Shown here one piece after another: positions 35,781-48,700 of a stretch of DNA of 64,000 nucleotides (within the stretch, counting starts at the first letter, position 1; each line of letters begins with the position of its first letter). The notes under the pieces are model-generated. The model was not told the origin of the DNA, searched no databases, and was given only the letters and a program-made list of their open reading frames with translations. The stretch comes from Salpingoeca rosetta. Taxonomy: Eukaryota > Protista > Choanoflagellata. The position numbers and the translations under genes were made by a program. The DNA lies in contig JAWQFM010000004.1 in NCBI GenBank assembly GCA_033442325.1, positions 1,454,565 to 1,518,564 on the forward strand, given 5' to 3'.

Positions 35781-37516
35781 CTTAAACAACAACAACAGCA
35801 AGAAAAAACAACAACAACAACAACTTAAACAACAACGACAACAACAACTTAAAACAACAACAACAACAAGGTGTGCTCAGGGGTGAAAACTGGGCCTTCA
35901 ATGATGGCTGATGCTTCGTCAGGTGTGTGGCGTTTGCTGAGCGGCACAGCTTCAAATGTGTAGAGCGGACCAGTGTAGCTGATGCAGATTTGCTCATCTG
36001 ACACAACTGCAGAAAGCAAGATAAAGGCCAGGGAGATGAGAGAGAGAGAGAGGAGCCAGGAAGCCAAATGTCAGGAATTGCTGGCAAAGCAGGGTTGCTT
36101 TCTCGAGCCCGTGCACACACACACACACACACATGCGCACACACACACACAAGACTCTCAAGCGCACCACCAAGATGGCCGTCCTGGCATATGATGACGT
36201 CGTCCTCTTGAACAGAAGCAATTGGCACTTGATGCACAGCCCCATGCTTGAAGATGGAAACTTGTGTGTTTGGCAAGAAGCAGCCGCCACTAATGGGCGA
36301 CTCAGCACTTCGTAACTGTATGCGACCTTGCACGTGCCTTTCTTGTAGATACCGTCGAGCCCTGAGGCGTGGCTGTCCAGCCAGGACGCGGCACTTGCAC
36401 CCCACTTCTCCGTGACGTTGCAGGATGTTACAGGAACTGGGGTTGGGGCTGGAACGCAGTATTTGTGGGATGTTTTCTTCTTGCCAACGTTCTCCACATC
36501 TTTTGACAGGGCCTTGTCTGCGCTGTCTATGAAAGTCGAGGGTGGATTAATCCACACGTGCTTGCCGTCAACCACGTCTAAGATGCCTGGTTCATAAAAC
36601 GGACAACCCAACCAGAAGCACAAATGTAGAGGCATGCAGAGGAGCGACTGTGAGGGATGGTGCATAACAACAGGCACTGCAACCAGCCAAGACAGAGGTG
36701 GAGACGGAGGGGATGGATATCATTGCACCTCATGAAACACTCCCAGACGACTCCTCAATGATGAAAGTCTCACCGACGTCTGGACCGGGTGTCGCGGAAG
36801 CCACAAGCTTGCGAAAGGTGTTCAGCTCAGTCTGCCCAAAGTACTCCTTGATCAAGACGGCCAAGACCTGCGCTGTGAGAACTCCGCCTTTTGCCTTTGC
36901 CTTTTCCACAACAATCATGTTCACAAATTCCTGATTCAAAATGGTGGACTTCCACGCGTCAATGTCCTTGGTCAGGCCATTTTCCTTGAGGTGCTTCTCA
37001 AACTTCTCGCGCACCAAGTTGATGAACCAACCATTCAGCACGTCGTTGTTCCTGCAGCCAGCATCACGCGCGATGACAACAAAGAGGGTACAGAAGCGAA
37101 GAAAAGTCAGTGTTGTGAATAAGCAAACTGCCACGTACAAACAGTGTGGCGGCGGTATTGAATGAGACAATAATCAAGCGGGGCTGCGCCACGCCAGGAC
37201 AAGAGCTCTTGTGCACTTACTTGTCAAGCCATGCAGATATTTTCTTTTTGGCACCATCAGCGTTGATGGCAGAGGAAAAGTTTGGAACACCATGATCCTG
37301 ACTCGCCACCTTGCCCAGCAGCTTGGCGACCGTAATGATGGCGAGGCTGTCCACCTGTTTGTTTGGTTTGTTGGGGTTGCTGACTTTGCTGAAGAAGGTC
37401 GAGTGCACGGCTGGGGAACGCTTGATTTGATCGATCAACCAGGCGACAGCGTCTGGGGTAAATTCGAATGCAAGAGACACCGCCCACATGGGGGTGTTCT
37501 GTGGCGCCAGCGCCAT
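32252..37516 (-). CDS. ~1490-aa Hint-domain protein with a hydrophobic toxin-like C-terminus; five predicted exons and one apparent frameshift
   Basis: Exons approximately 37516-37221, 37051-36774, 36586-36168, 36006-35868 and 35579-32252; splice phases are compatible, but the fourth donor is weak. Hint blocks GG/CFLPNTQV, FTPEH and MYDLHLREGHRSYHAGGFVSGLN/YPE. Frame break near 36300. Confidence 0.8.
35705..35868. repeat. (CAA)n microsatellite in a predicted intron of the Hint gene
   Basis: Directly visible, with a few interruptions. Confidence 0.95.
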
Positions 37517-38703
37517 CGCAAAACGAATGGAGACCGACCCGCAAACCGCAAATCCGGGAAAGCAAACACAACACAAGTGATTAGGGTGAGGATGCGAGAG
37601 GGAGCGGCGCGAAGGTCGAGGGGGAACGACACTGGCCAACAGCAATGCAGCAATGGAACGAGGGCGGGCAAGAAGAAAATAGTCCAAAGCAGTGCCAACC
37701 ATCAGAGAACACCTGACTGCTTGTTGTCGCTCGCACACCAGCTCGCTCATACGCCCCACACCTTGTCTTCCTCAGAAATTGAGGTTGCCATGATCTCTTT
37801 GTCTCGTGAGGGCTTGATCCCTTGTAGGGGTGTCGTCGTTTGAAGGTGCTGATGCTGGAGCGCACTGCAGGCTTCCTTGTTATTGCTCTTCCTGTGCTTC
37901 GAGGGAGTGCAATCTGCTGATCAAGAGCGTGTTCTGCGGCTGCATGGTTGAAGAAAATGACAAACCGCGCGCACCACGCATTCGCATTCAGCCTGTGGGA
38001 AACTGCGTGACTACGAGGTACCCCAAAACGGGGGCCCAAAACGGGAAAGTGCCTAAGGGCGACCAACGTGTGCAATGCTCGCTGGGCAACCACCCCAAAA
38101 CGGAAAGGGAAAACTTTTCTCGCCCTCTCAAAGATTACCCCAAAGACCACGCGCAAACGCTCAATGCTACATAATTTGATTGCCCGGAAGACTGCTTATG
38201 ACGGTGATGGGTCTTACTACTCTCATATCTGCCGTTGTGTTGAGGATCATGGCGTCAAAAGGCATGCATCCGATAGCCCCGCTCAACGGGCTATCGAATG
38301 TTGCCAATTTGACTCGCTTTGAGCGAAGCATTGCTGTGTAACAGGCTCATCTTTGAAGGTGTGTCTGCCACCCCATATGAAGCGTGGTGCGCAGCGCACG
38401 CCTCATCCTGGGCTTTCTCCATGGCGTTGACCATAGCAGCGGTGCTTGTCACGTTCATGAGCACAAAGAAGATGACGTTGTTTGGTGTGCTAGAACCAAC
38501 AGGAAAGCCCAAAACGTGATTTTGTGTGTTCATGTTCTTGTCATAATGCCTTGTTAAACTCAGTGGAATACACATGGCATTTCTGGTTGAACTTTATTTC
38601 GCTTGATCAGAGCATCCAAGGTTTTGCAGATCGCTCAGACAAGCTTCTGTGCACGATGTCAACACCTTCTCCCCGTTGCATCTCGCTGTTTACTCGTCGT
38701 GCA

Positions 38704-38880
38704 ATGGCGCAAACAAAACACAGAAAAAAAAAAGAAGAAGAAAGAAAAGGCATACGCCAACAAGAGCGCACATCGCGCCCTTGTTGGCGTTGTATTTGCA
38801 GGGTACACGCAAGCAAAGGTTGCTCGTCAACTTGGCATGCCTTCATCTTCAACGGTACAAGGCACAGAACGACAGTCCAG
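38704..38880 (+). mobile_element. Possible Tc1/IS630-like transposase HTH fragment
   Basis: HRALVGVVFAGYTQAKVARQLGMPSSSTV fits an HTH. No DDE domain or TIRs were found. Confidence 0.35.
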
Positions 38881-38942
38881 CAGCTGCAGTAGCGGTAGCA
38901 CGTGTGACACACACAGATACACAGACACAGACACACACACAC

Positions 38943-38979
<37 letters not shown>

Positions 38980-39354
38980 AGTGTATCTTCCACGTGCTAC
39001 GAGAACCGCGTGACGGGATGCGCCAGCTCTCCGCTTCAGGGACCGGAGTGGTGGGACCACACTGCGCATTCCAGGGCATGGAGGCGGACGACGTTGATGT
39101 GCTCTGCGTGTTGCGTCTGTGCTGTTGGCGACGTTGTCTCCGACTGCGTCTGTTCTTGGCACCTCGTGCATGGGGCAGCGCAAGCTGCCACGATGCCGAG
39201 TGCTGCTGTTGCTGGATCTGCTGGTGGTTGTGCTGTTGCTGTTCCTGTTGTTGCTGGGTATAATGCGGGAACTGATCGTTCAGCAGCCCAGGCTGAGCGA
39301 CGGTATGGTGCACTTGTGGCAGCTACTGCAACTGCTGTTGTAAGTGTGGCCGAT

Positions 39355-39587
<233 letters not shown>

Positions 39588-39869
39588 TGTGGCCAGTGTG
39601 GCTGCTGCGGCTCGCCCGTGTCATCACAACTGTCTCCGTCCACGTGAATCACATCACCGCCATCGTAACCCTCTTCGAACGCAGCACCTTCAATCACCAC
39701 CACCTCCTCTTCCCCCTCCACACCATCGCTTCTGTCATGTACCTCAACCACCTCGCCGCTTGTGGCAGAGAAGGCCATTCGGTCCTCTTCTCTTGTCGGC
39801 TGCAAGTGAAGGGCCCGCTGCCTCTGCAGAACAGGCAGACAGCGTCGCTGGTGGAGTGGCGACTCAAGG

Positions 39870-40707
39870 CCGTTGTCGTCGTCGTTGTTTTTGTCGTCAT
39901 GGACTTGTGCCTCTTGTAGCAGCTTCATGAGCAGCGCCTCCACAACATCTGCCTCCCGATCAGCCACGCACTGCAAGTACCACGTGCGCAGATGGTGTGC
40001 CGTCATGCTGACGCTGTTCAAGTCGAGAGGATGCAGGCCAGCAGCCAGCAGTGTGGCGTATGCCAGCGCAAACAGGCCACACGACACGCTGTCTTGCTGC
40101 TGTGGCACATCCCTGAGGTGCACGACGTGGTCTGCCTCGATGTTGTACAGCTTCCGCAGCTGGTGCCCCAGACACCGCTGTCTGTCCTCGGTGGAAGACT
40201 GCGTTGATGAGTCTGCCACGTACACCGTGCCGTCGTATGACGCAGGAAAGGAATGCGCTGTATCTGTTTGCAAGTGCAGGCGCGTGCCGCGGGAGAGGAC
40301 GTGAGGACGTGAGAACGTGAGGGAATGGGGGAAGTGAAGAAGACGGACTACATCACAGACACACAGACACACAGACACACAGACACACAGACACACAGAC
40401 ACACAGACACACAGACACACAGACACAGGCACGCAGACAAAGACACAGACACAGACACAGACAGACATGCAGACACAGACACAGACACACACACACAGAC
40501 AGGCACGCACTCATGTACACAACTACCCACATGCATGCACACCCATGCATACACATGTGCATACACGCAGATATGCACACCTGGGCAGTGAAAAGCCTTC
40601 TGTCTGCTACCTTGAACCGGCGGTGGTTGCGAATTTCGTCGTTGCTGCACTGAAGCGTGCTTGGATTCAAACGCCCGTCCAATCCTCGATGTCACAGCCT
40701 GAGACGT

Positions 40708-40788
<81 letters not shown>

Positions 40789-41560
40789 GGTGAGTGAGCA
40801 CACAGGACGTTGTGCCATCGAGTATGCGCTGAAGACACCCCAAACACCACAACACTGGTGTGCATAGCTTACCGACAGCTGAGCATGTGAATCTCATCCG
40901 TCCCCAGCTGTCTCTCTGCAAGCGCTGCATATGTCGAGAGCAGTACTGGAGGTGCAGCAGTGGTTCGCAATGGTGATGCTTCAGTCGCTGCTGCTTCAGT
41001 CGTTGGTGTTGATGACGGTGGCGAAGAGGACGATGATCAGGACGATGGTGATGCCATCAAGTAGGTCCGCGACAGAAGGGGTGCCCCTGAACGGCCGTGG
41101 CGCTGTCGCTGCAGCCGTCGCAGACATGAGGAAACGGCGGCACCGTGTTCGGAAAGGAAGGTGGACAAGCCCTACTGCTGCCGCTGCTTCTGCTGCCATC
41201 ACGGCTGTTGTTGCTGTCGTTGCCGGTGCTGCAGATGAGGTCGACATGTTCTGGCGTCTGCACTGCAACCCCGCAGCAGCGGCCGCAATGTGCTTGTGAT
41301 GGTTGGTGTCGTTGACAATGTCGGCATCATGGCATGCGTCAGGGACGGTGGCGCTGCTGGCCCATGTACAGGCGCAGGCAATGCTGGTTGGAATGGGCGT
41401 GATGCCGCTCCCATATACTGGTTGCAGCAGTGCCGCCGCATTCATTGTGGTGGCGTTGTTGTGATTGCTGTGGATGCACACCCTCTCTGCCATATCCTCT
41501 GCTTCGTGCACGAGCTCTTTGCCCTCCTCAACCACTTCAGCCACGCTCATCCCCAGTCTG
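39870..41560 (-). pseudogene. Ulp1/C48-like peptidase with a degenerate SWIM-like motif, probably a DNA-transposon (MULE-type) relic
   Basis: AHSF..VYVADS..VPQQQDSVSCGLFALAYA (40265-40060), with upstream CACTW...HKHIAA (~41380-41280). Confidence 0.6.
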
Positions 41561-41925
41561 CTCTCCTGCGAGCGCCCACGCTGTATGACTGCAGGTGGTG
41601 GTGGTGGCAATGTCACATGTGTGCGTTTGTGTGCGTGTGCATGAGTGTGCGCGGCATGAGCGTGCGCATGCGTGTGGTTGAGGAGGAATAAAAGTGATGA
41701 ACAGGGACGTGACTGCAGCCGGCTTACATTGTGTGCGCATGGAGGTCGAGCGTCGAGCAGGTGCTTGCATGAGAGTCGGGGAGGGGGGTAGTTCTTGCGG
41801 CAGATGCTTCCTGATATGGTAGCAGCAGGGTGGTGGGGAAAGGTGGTGAGATCGGATTCGAAGGCAGTGGTTGGTGGGAGCATTTAGTAGAGTGAGTAGA
41901 GGGTATTGCATACACACACCGTCTT

Positions 41926-41962
<37 letters not shown>

Positions 41963-42019
41963 TTGCCGTTACCTTTCCCTGCCTGCTCCTTCTTCATGTG
42001 CAAACTCTCAAAGCAACAG

Positions 42020-42270
42020 CAGCACGCTGAACACGTTCAGCACTTGTGTCATCTTCGTGTACCGCCATGTGTGCGATACAAAGAGCACGGTTCCATTGCC
42101 CACTGCATCGTGGAGTGGCTGCCACTGCTTGTGCAACAGATCAATAATACACGCGCAGCAGCTGTCCCTCTTCTATTGTTGCACCACAACGACGAGGTGC
42201 TTGCTGGCTTGCTGGCTGGCGTGTTCGCGAGGAAGGTCTTCTTTGTGATCGCATCCACAAACCATCCAAC
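42020..42270 (-). pseudogene. Degenerate fragment of the TPR-family N-terminal domain
   Basis: KHLVV..CACIIDLL..VGNGTVLFVSHTWRY..VLNV matches KQLVV..CAYVDLL..VGKASVFVSHAWRY..VLNV at 55270-55110. Contains stops. Confidence 0.7.
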
Positions 42271-42759
42271 CACGAAGTGTGCTTGCTTGCTTGCTCCTTT
42301 TGCTTTCTGTCCTTTGCTTCTTGTTGGCGAAAAGTGGCGCTCACACCAACAAAACGCACCGCGCTGTTTGCTTCCTTCTTTTGCTTGCCATGTTGACAGA
42401 AAAGGAAAATCCTTGCGTTTCTGGCAACACCTGCCACCTGATTTGGAAGTACTTTCCCCTTCCTGCAGCACAAAGAAAACGAAAACAATACACAATACAC
42501 ACAACAGTTATTGTTGTTGTGTTGTCGCACCACACACTCCACTGCCGCAACAAGTCAGCCAGTGCTTGCTCGCTCTGTTTGGACGAATGTGGACGCCATC
42601 TGAGCTCTTCTTCGCCTTCTTTCTCGTTTGCGACACTGATGGCTCTTGCCACAGACACATACAGGTGCACCACGGTGGTGGCGGGACCATGTGTTGTGCA
42701 AGAGAAAGCGTGGCGGTTGTTGGGGAGGATCAAAGTTGTGATTGACACAAGAAGGTCGG

Positions 42760-43634
42760 CACCTTCCCTTCCACATCAACGCATCAACACCAGTCATCCA
42801 TCCCACTGATGGACGCAAGTCAGCCAACGGGCATGGTGGACGTGAACGGTGTGCTTGCACCAGTGCAGCAGAGAATGGAGCACAGTGCTGCAGGAGCACC
42901 CATCAGCCAATGGCGAGGACGCCTCTTAGACACAGCGCACCATCGTGTGACACGTTGAAGCGGCAAGCTACGTGCATGAAATCAGCCAACCACAGGAGAT
43001 ACGGCAACGTGGCATGGGTGGTGTCGTGCCCAACCCCAACAACAACAACAACAACAACAACACCAACAGCAACAACCACTTGATCTGTGCGCAGAGACGT
43101 GCATCTGTGCCCATCATCGATCCCTTCCATGCACCCCTGTTCGACGCAGCGACCACAGTTCCAGCGAGCAGCGGCCTTATCTTCATGCTGAATCATCATC
43201 CCTTGTTTCAAACAAGGACAATGCCTTCATCAGCGACTGCGACACTGTATCCACTATCCTCGATTGATCCAAGGACCACCAACACAGCTGTCTGATGAGG
43301 CACGCCAGCTGGAAACGGCATCATCCACTACTGCTGCATTCCACGGAACACATTCTCTGGCACTCGTGGTGAGGGAGGCGACCTCACAGGCAGGCAACGA
43401 CCTCAGCTACAATGTCCCAGCCAGCAGATCACTCGACGACGCCTCCTGATGCTTGCCATCGACACAGCTCCACACGCAGCGATTACAGTACAGTGGGCTG
43501 GCGACGTGCTTGCGTCAAACGGCAGCATCAACCACCAACATCAGGAGGCGTGCTTGCTTGCTGTGGATGGCCTTGTCCACTGCATTCCTAATGCCAACGC
43601 CGGGTCTGTGCTCGTCATCGACCCAGTGTGCTGA
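42760..43634 (+). pseudogene. Highly decayed beta-propeller family copy 4
   Basis: FHINAST, ASVPIIDP, SGLIFML, WAGDVLASNG and GLVHCIP..SVLVIDPVC*. Confidence 0.75.
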
Positions 43635-44358
43635 TGTGAAGACACGTTATGCGTGTGTTTGTACGCTTGTCTTCTTCTCTACTTGTGTGTCTGCTTACCT
43701 GCTCGCCTTGGATCTTCTTCGTGGGCTGTGTTGCAGCGCCCTTCTGTTTCTTCTTCCACCACTATGTTCTGTCTCCCTTCCCTCCTCCCTACTAGCCTCC
43801 CTGCAGCCACTTTGTGCGCACCCACTGCTGCTGTTACTTCACCCCATTCTTGCTTCTGTCCCATGTCATCCTTTCCCTTCTCCTTTTCACCTGGTACGTT
43901 CCTTGTTCGTGCTCGTCACCCTTGCCGCGTGTACTCCTTCCATGTTGCCGTGGCTCAAACCAACACAGTGAACCTGCAGCGTTTGCGATCATGTTGTGCA
44001 CTTGCTCCTCATAGTGTGATGGAAATCCACGACATCTTGTGCAACTACTACTTCAGAGCTTGCCCCTCATCGTGAAGATCCCTTGCGTTAGGTGCTGAGC
44101 ACTCACAGTGTCGCGAAGAAGGAGAGAGTCTTCTATCTTGTCTTCTTGTGGGTGGCCTCCATGATGAGCACAAACAAGAGCAAGCTGCGCCTCACCCCCA
44201 ACTGGATCGACATAGTCACTCCATCAACCAACGCTCATGCGAGCTGTTGCTGCGGTTGTGTATTGCCGCCACCTTGTGAACACCGCACGAAAAGATGGAA
44301 CGGAACAACAGCGCAAGAATCAATGAAACTTGCAGGACATGCGCAATACGAGCACGTA

Positions 44359-44433
<75 letters not shown>

Positions 44434-44459
44434 TCGCACACACACACTCGCACACACAC

Positions 44460-45324
44460 GCTGGAATCGGCCTTGATGCACTTGCCGAGGCCCCTGCAGT
44501 CAAGCTGGGTGAGGTCCGTGTCCGTGACATCAAGGTATCCAGAAACGGTGGTGAGGGCTCCAAAGTTGATGGTGTTGAGGAGGCTGTTTGTGCTGCAGTC
44601 CAAGTAGCCGTCAATGCGGACGAGGGCAGAGCCAAAGTCGATGGAATCAAAGTTGTTGCTGCTGAGGTCCAAGTAGCCGCCCACGTGTGTGAGCTTGGGA
44701 AAGGTTACATTGCCGAGCTCGTTGAAGCTGAGGTCCAGGAAGCCGCCGATGTGAGCGAGGTTCTTGGAGTCAAAGGTGTCGAGCGAGTTCAACCCAATGT
44801 TCAGGCTGCCGCCCACGGTCGTGAGCTTGGCCATGTTGACGGTGTCAAACATACACCCGCCCAGGTTCAGGTCGCCGCCAACGCTGGTCAGGTTGTGCAG
44901 GTGGAGGGTGTCCGCGATGGTCCAGGCGAGATCAACGGAACCCGTGACGCTGGTGAGCGATCCAAAGTCAACGCTGCCGATCGAGTTGTCAGTGAGGTTC
45001 AGGGATCCACCAATGGACGTCAGTGGCGTGAGGTCGATGTTGGTTATTGAGATTGGCAGGTTGTACCTGTGCAACTCTTGCGACTCTCGCTGAACCGCCC
45101 TTCAACGTTGAGGCCAGTTGTAGCTGAGGTCGATATTGCCACCAACAGACGCAACGCTGCCAAAGTCGAGCGTTGTCAGGTTGAGGTTGCGGCTCAGCAC
45201 CACGTCGCCGCCCACCATGGAGACGTTTCCAAAGTTGGCGGTTGAAATGGCGCCGTGCTTGAAGCTGCCGCGGGCAACGACCGAGCCGTTGACGGTGGTA
45301 ATGCTGCCAAAGCACAAGGCCGAC
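44460..45324 (-). pseudogene. 3' part of a secreted receptor-L-domain-like (beta-solenoid) protein gene
   Basis: About 21-aa repeats such as F..LT.VGG.L.LS.N. In-frame TGA at 45104-45102. Joins 51229+ in frame once element D and one TSD copy are removed. Confidence 0.82.
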
Positions 45325-45697
45325 TGTTGTGATGTGACTGGTCTGTGTGTGTGTAAGAGTGTTTGACTGGGACTTAGAGTAGGGTCTTGCTGTATACTGT
45401 GCGGGAGACGTAGTCGCAAGTAAAGAAGGCAGGGTAATAGGATGGGGCGATGAGATAAGTGGAGTGATAAGATAAGTGACAACAATCAAGCAAGGAAAGT
45501 AGAGACAGGCACAAGGTCAAGAGAGACGAGCAAGGGGGTCGGATCTTGGGTGTTGGTGTCCTTGGTGAGGAGTGGTAGTTCCGTTCTGTTGTGTGGTTCG
45601 GAATCTGTGTTGGTCCTGAATTCCGGGAGGACTATGCCTTGACACTCCTTCACGACACTTAAGTTCAGGATTTGTATTGTAGTGCTGTCTCACTACA
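45325..45697 (-). repeat. 3' LTR of element D (373 bp)
   Basis: TGTAGT...ACAACA termini; appears identical to 50856-51228. Confidence 0.95.
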
Positions 45698-45716
45698 CTC
45701 TCCCCGCCATCAGGGC

Positions 45717-48700
45717 TTAACGCTTTGAGGTCTTTGACCTTATGTGTCGAGCGTTGCTCTTCTGAGACCTGCGTTTGAGAGAGCGCTCTTTGGCAGCATC
45801 TGCTTTGGCAGTCTGAAGTTGATATTCAGCCAATAAGCGTTTGCATCGTGAGCCAATCATGTCTTTGGCCTGAACGTATGTCGCTTCATATTCCGGATAG
45901 CCGAGCCACTTTACTAGGTACTCGAGTCTACCGCGATGCTTTCTGTGGCGCAGGATTCGTTCCATTGCGTACACATCATCGCTGAACCCTTGCAAAGGAC
46001 CTGGTCGATGCACAGATCGGGTGCCTTTCGTTCTCTTCAGGAACTTGATGTTGATGACATCGTGTATGCGCACTTTCAATGGTGAGAAGTCCACGCGATA
46101 ATGCGCTGGACCGAGAACGTTCTTAATCTTGAACGGACCATCGTATGGTGGTGTGAGTTTGTTTGAGCGGTACTTCGCATCTTCATTTCGTAATAAGTGT
46201 GTGCTAACATACACTTCGTCTCCCTCCCTGAAGGGGGGTTCAATGTGTTCTGATGACGAAGCCTTGTCAAAGTGCTGTTGCAAGTTGGAGGATGCTTCAT
46301 GCTGTATCTTTGCCAACCGATCCATGAGCTCGTCTGGGAGCACAGGGCTTTGCCCTGACAAGCGAGCAGGCAGTCCAATCTGTCTTGGAATCCGGCCGTT
46401 GCAAACCTCGAAGGGTGCCATCTTTGTGGAGGCGGCGGGTGATGAGTTGATAGCAAACTCAATCGTAGGTAGGTAATCAACCCATGCACTTTGATTCGAC
46501 TTTGCGTATGAGCGGAGCATATTCCCAACGACTCTGTTGACTCTTTCGGTCTGTCCGTCGGTCTGAGCGTGGGCCGCTGTTGACATTTTCATTTGCACGC
46601 TGAACTTGTGCATGACTTTCCTGAACAGAGCTGCGGTGAACCGCGGATCCCTGTCGGAGATGAGGACTTCGGGGAGTCCGTGTAACTTGTACACATGTTG
46701 AATGAATAGTGAAATACAACCCTGGGCATCGACAGTGCTGGACGTAGGGGCCAAATGGACCATTTTGGAATACTTGTCTACGAACACGTAGATAGCGTCG
46801 TGTCCTTGAGATGTAGTTGGTAGTCCAACCATCAAGTCCATTGTGACTGTGTGCCACGGGTATGGTGCCACCGGCAAGGCTTGGGTGGGGACCTTGAGTC
46901 TACGACCACTCTTTGCCGTTGCGCATGTGTGACAAGTGTCAACGTACTCTCGAATCGCACTGTGCATCCCCGGCCAATAGAATTCGCGCGCAGCGCGGGC
47001 CTGAGACTTGGAAACACCTTGATGTCCACTGCTCAGCCCATCATGCGCCATGGCCATTACGCTTCTATGACTGGAAGATGGCACGCAGATGCGGTTCTTG
47101 TGATAGAGTAGGTCGCCAACACGTTTGTACTGTGGAAAGGACGCGAGGTCGTGAATGATCTTCTCCCAGAAAGGGTCTTTGAGGTAGTCAGACCAGCGGA
47201 TGTTGACTGTTTCGTCTTCAAGCAGCTCCCTGACCATGCAGGTGCGAGAGAGTGCATCCGCAACGACGTTTTTGTCGCCTGGAATGTACTTGAAAGTAAC
47301 GTTGAAGTCTGAGAGGAAGAGCGACCATCGCTGAATGCGGGCTTCCTGTATCTTGTTCTGTGCCAACACTCGCTCGAGCGACTTGTGGTCGGTGTAAACA
47401 GTGATGGGGCGACCGATACAAAGGTAACGCCAATGTTGCAGAGCTTTGATGACGGCATACAGCTCCTTCTGCCTGATTGGCCAGTTTCGCTCATGCACTG
47501 AAAGGGTGCTGGAGTAGAACTCAATGGGGCGACCCTTGTGCTGGAGAACAGCGCCGACTGCTTTGTCGGAGGAGTCTGTAAACAGATCCAGTGGCTCTGT
47601 AGGATCAAGGTCGAGCGTGGGACACAACGTGGGCAACTTGGCCATGGTGGCCTTGAGATTGTTGAAGATTCGCGAGTCATCCTGCGTCCAGTTTGACAGT
47701 CGCTTCTTCGAGTTTTTCTTTGTGCCACTTGTGTGTCTGAACAATGGTTGCACATAGTCGGAGTAATTGCGAATGTATTTCTTGTAGTAGTTTGCAGCGC
47801 CAAGAAACTGTCGCAAATCGTGAGCAGTCTTGGGCAGTGGCCAGTGAAGAACTGGGTCGAGTTGTTTCTCAATGGGGCGGTGCCCTTCTTCTGAAAGGGT
47901 GTGACCAAGCCATTCCACGGAATTTGTCACGAAATCGCATTTTGCTTTGTTCAAGTGCAAATGACTTTGCTTGAGCGTTTTCAAAACGTCTTCAACAATT
48001 TGGAGATGATTATCATCCCATTTGAGAGTGATGAGATGTCATCCAAGTAACAGGAGACGTTTTCGGAGGGAAGATTTTTCAAATGTGATCCATGATGCGT
48101 TGGTATTGGGCAGGAGCGTTTGNNNNNNNNNNNNNNNNNNNNNNNNNNNNNNNNNNNNNNNNNNNNNNNNNNNNNNNNNNNNNNNNNNNNNNNNNNNNNN
48201 NNNNNNNNNNNNNNNNNNNNNNATGCTGTCAGCTCTCGTGCTTTTGGTTTGAGTCTCACTTGGTGATATGCGGATTTAAGATCAAGTGATGTAAACAGAG
48301 AATGTCCAGATGCTTTTGTAATGAGTTCGGACAGCAGGGGCAAAGGGTATCTGTTAGGGATCGTTAATGCATTCAATGCACGGTAGTCCACACACATCCT
48401 CAAGTTCTTGTCCTTTTTAACCACAAATAGTACAGGAGAAACCCAAGATGAAGTGGACGGTTGGATCCACCCCTTGTCCAAGAGGTCCTTGACCGTTTCC
48501 TGCATTGTGGTGAACTCATGTGAGCTCAGGCGATAGCACCGTGACTTGGGGGGCATCGCATTAGTGACAAGTGGGATATCCACATCCAACTCTCCTCGAG
48601 AGGGAGGCATACAAGTCAAATCCAAAAACACAGGTGCATACTTTGTGCATAAACTGTGTACATCTACTTGGCTAGACTTACATTTGCGCGAAATCGTGCC

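Noticed and set aside
35231-36282. True intein or Hedgehog homolog
   Set aside because: The +1 residue is Tyr, there is no penultimate His or homing endonuclease, and no Hedge or sterol-recognition region is evident.
45102-45104. In-frame TGA as selenocysteine or readthrough
   Set aside because: The gene is already disrupted by a retrotransposon and there is no redox motif, so a nonsense mutation is simpler.
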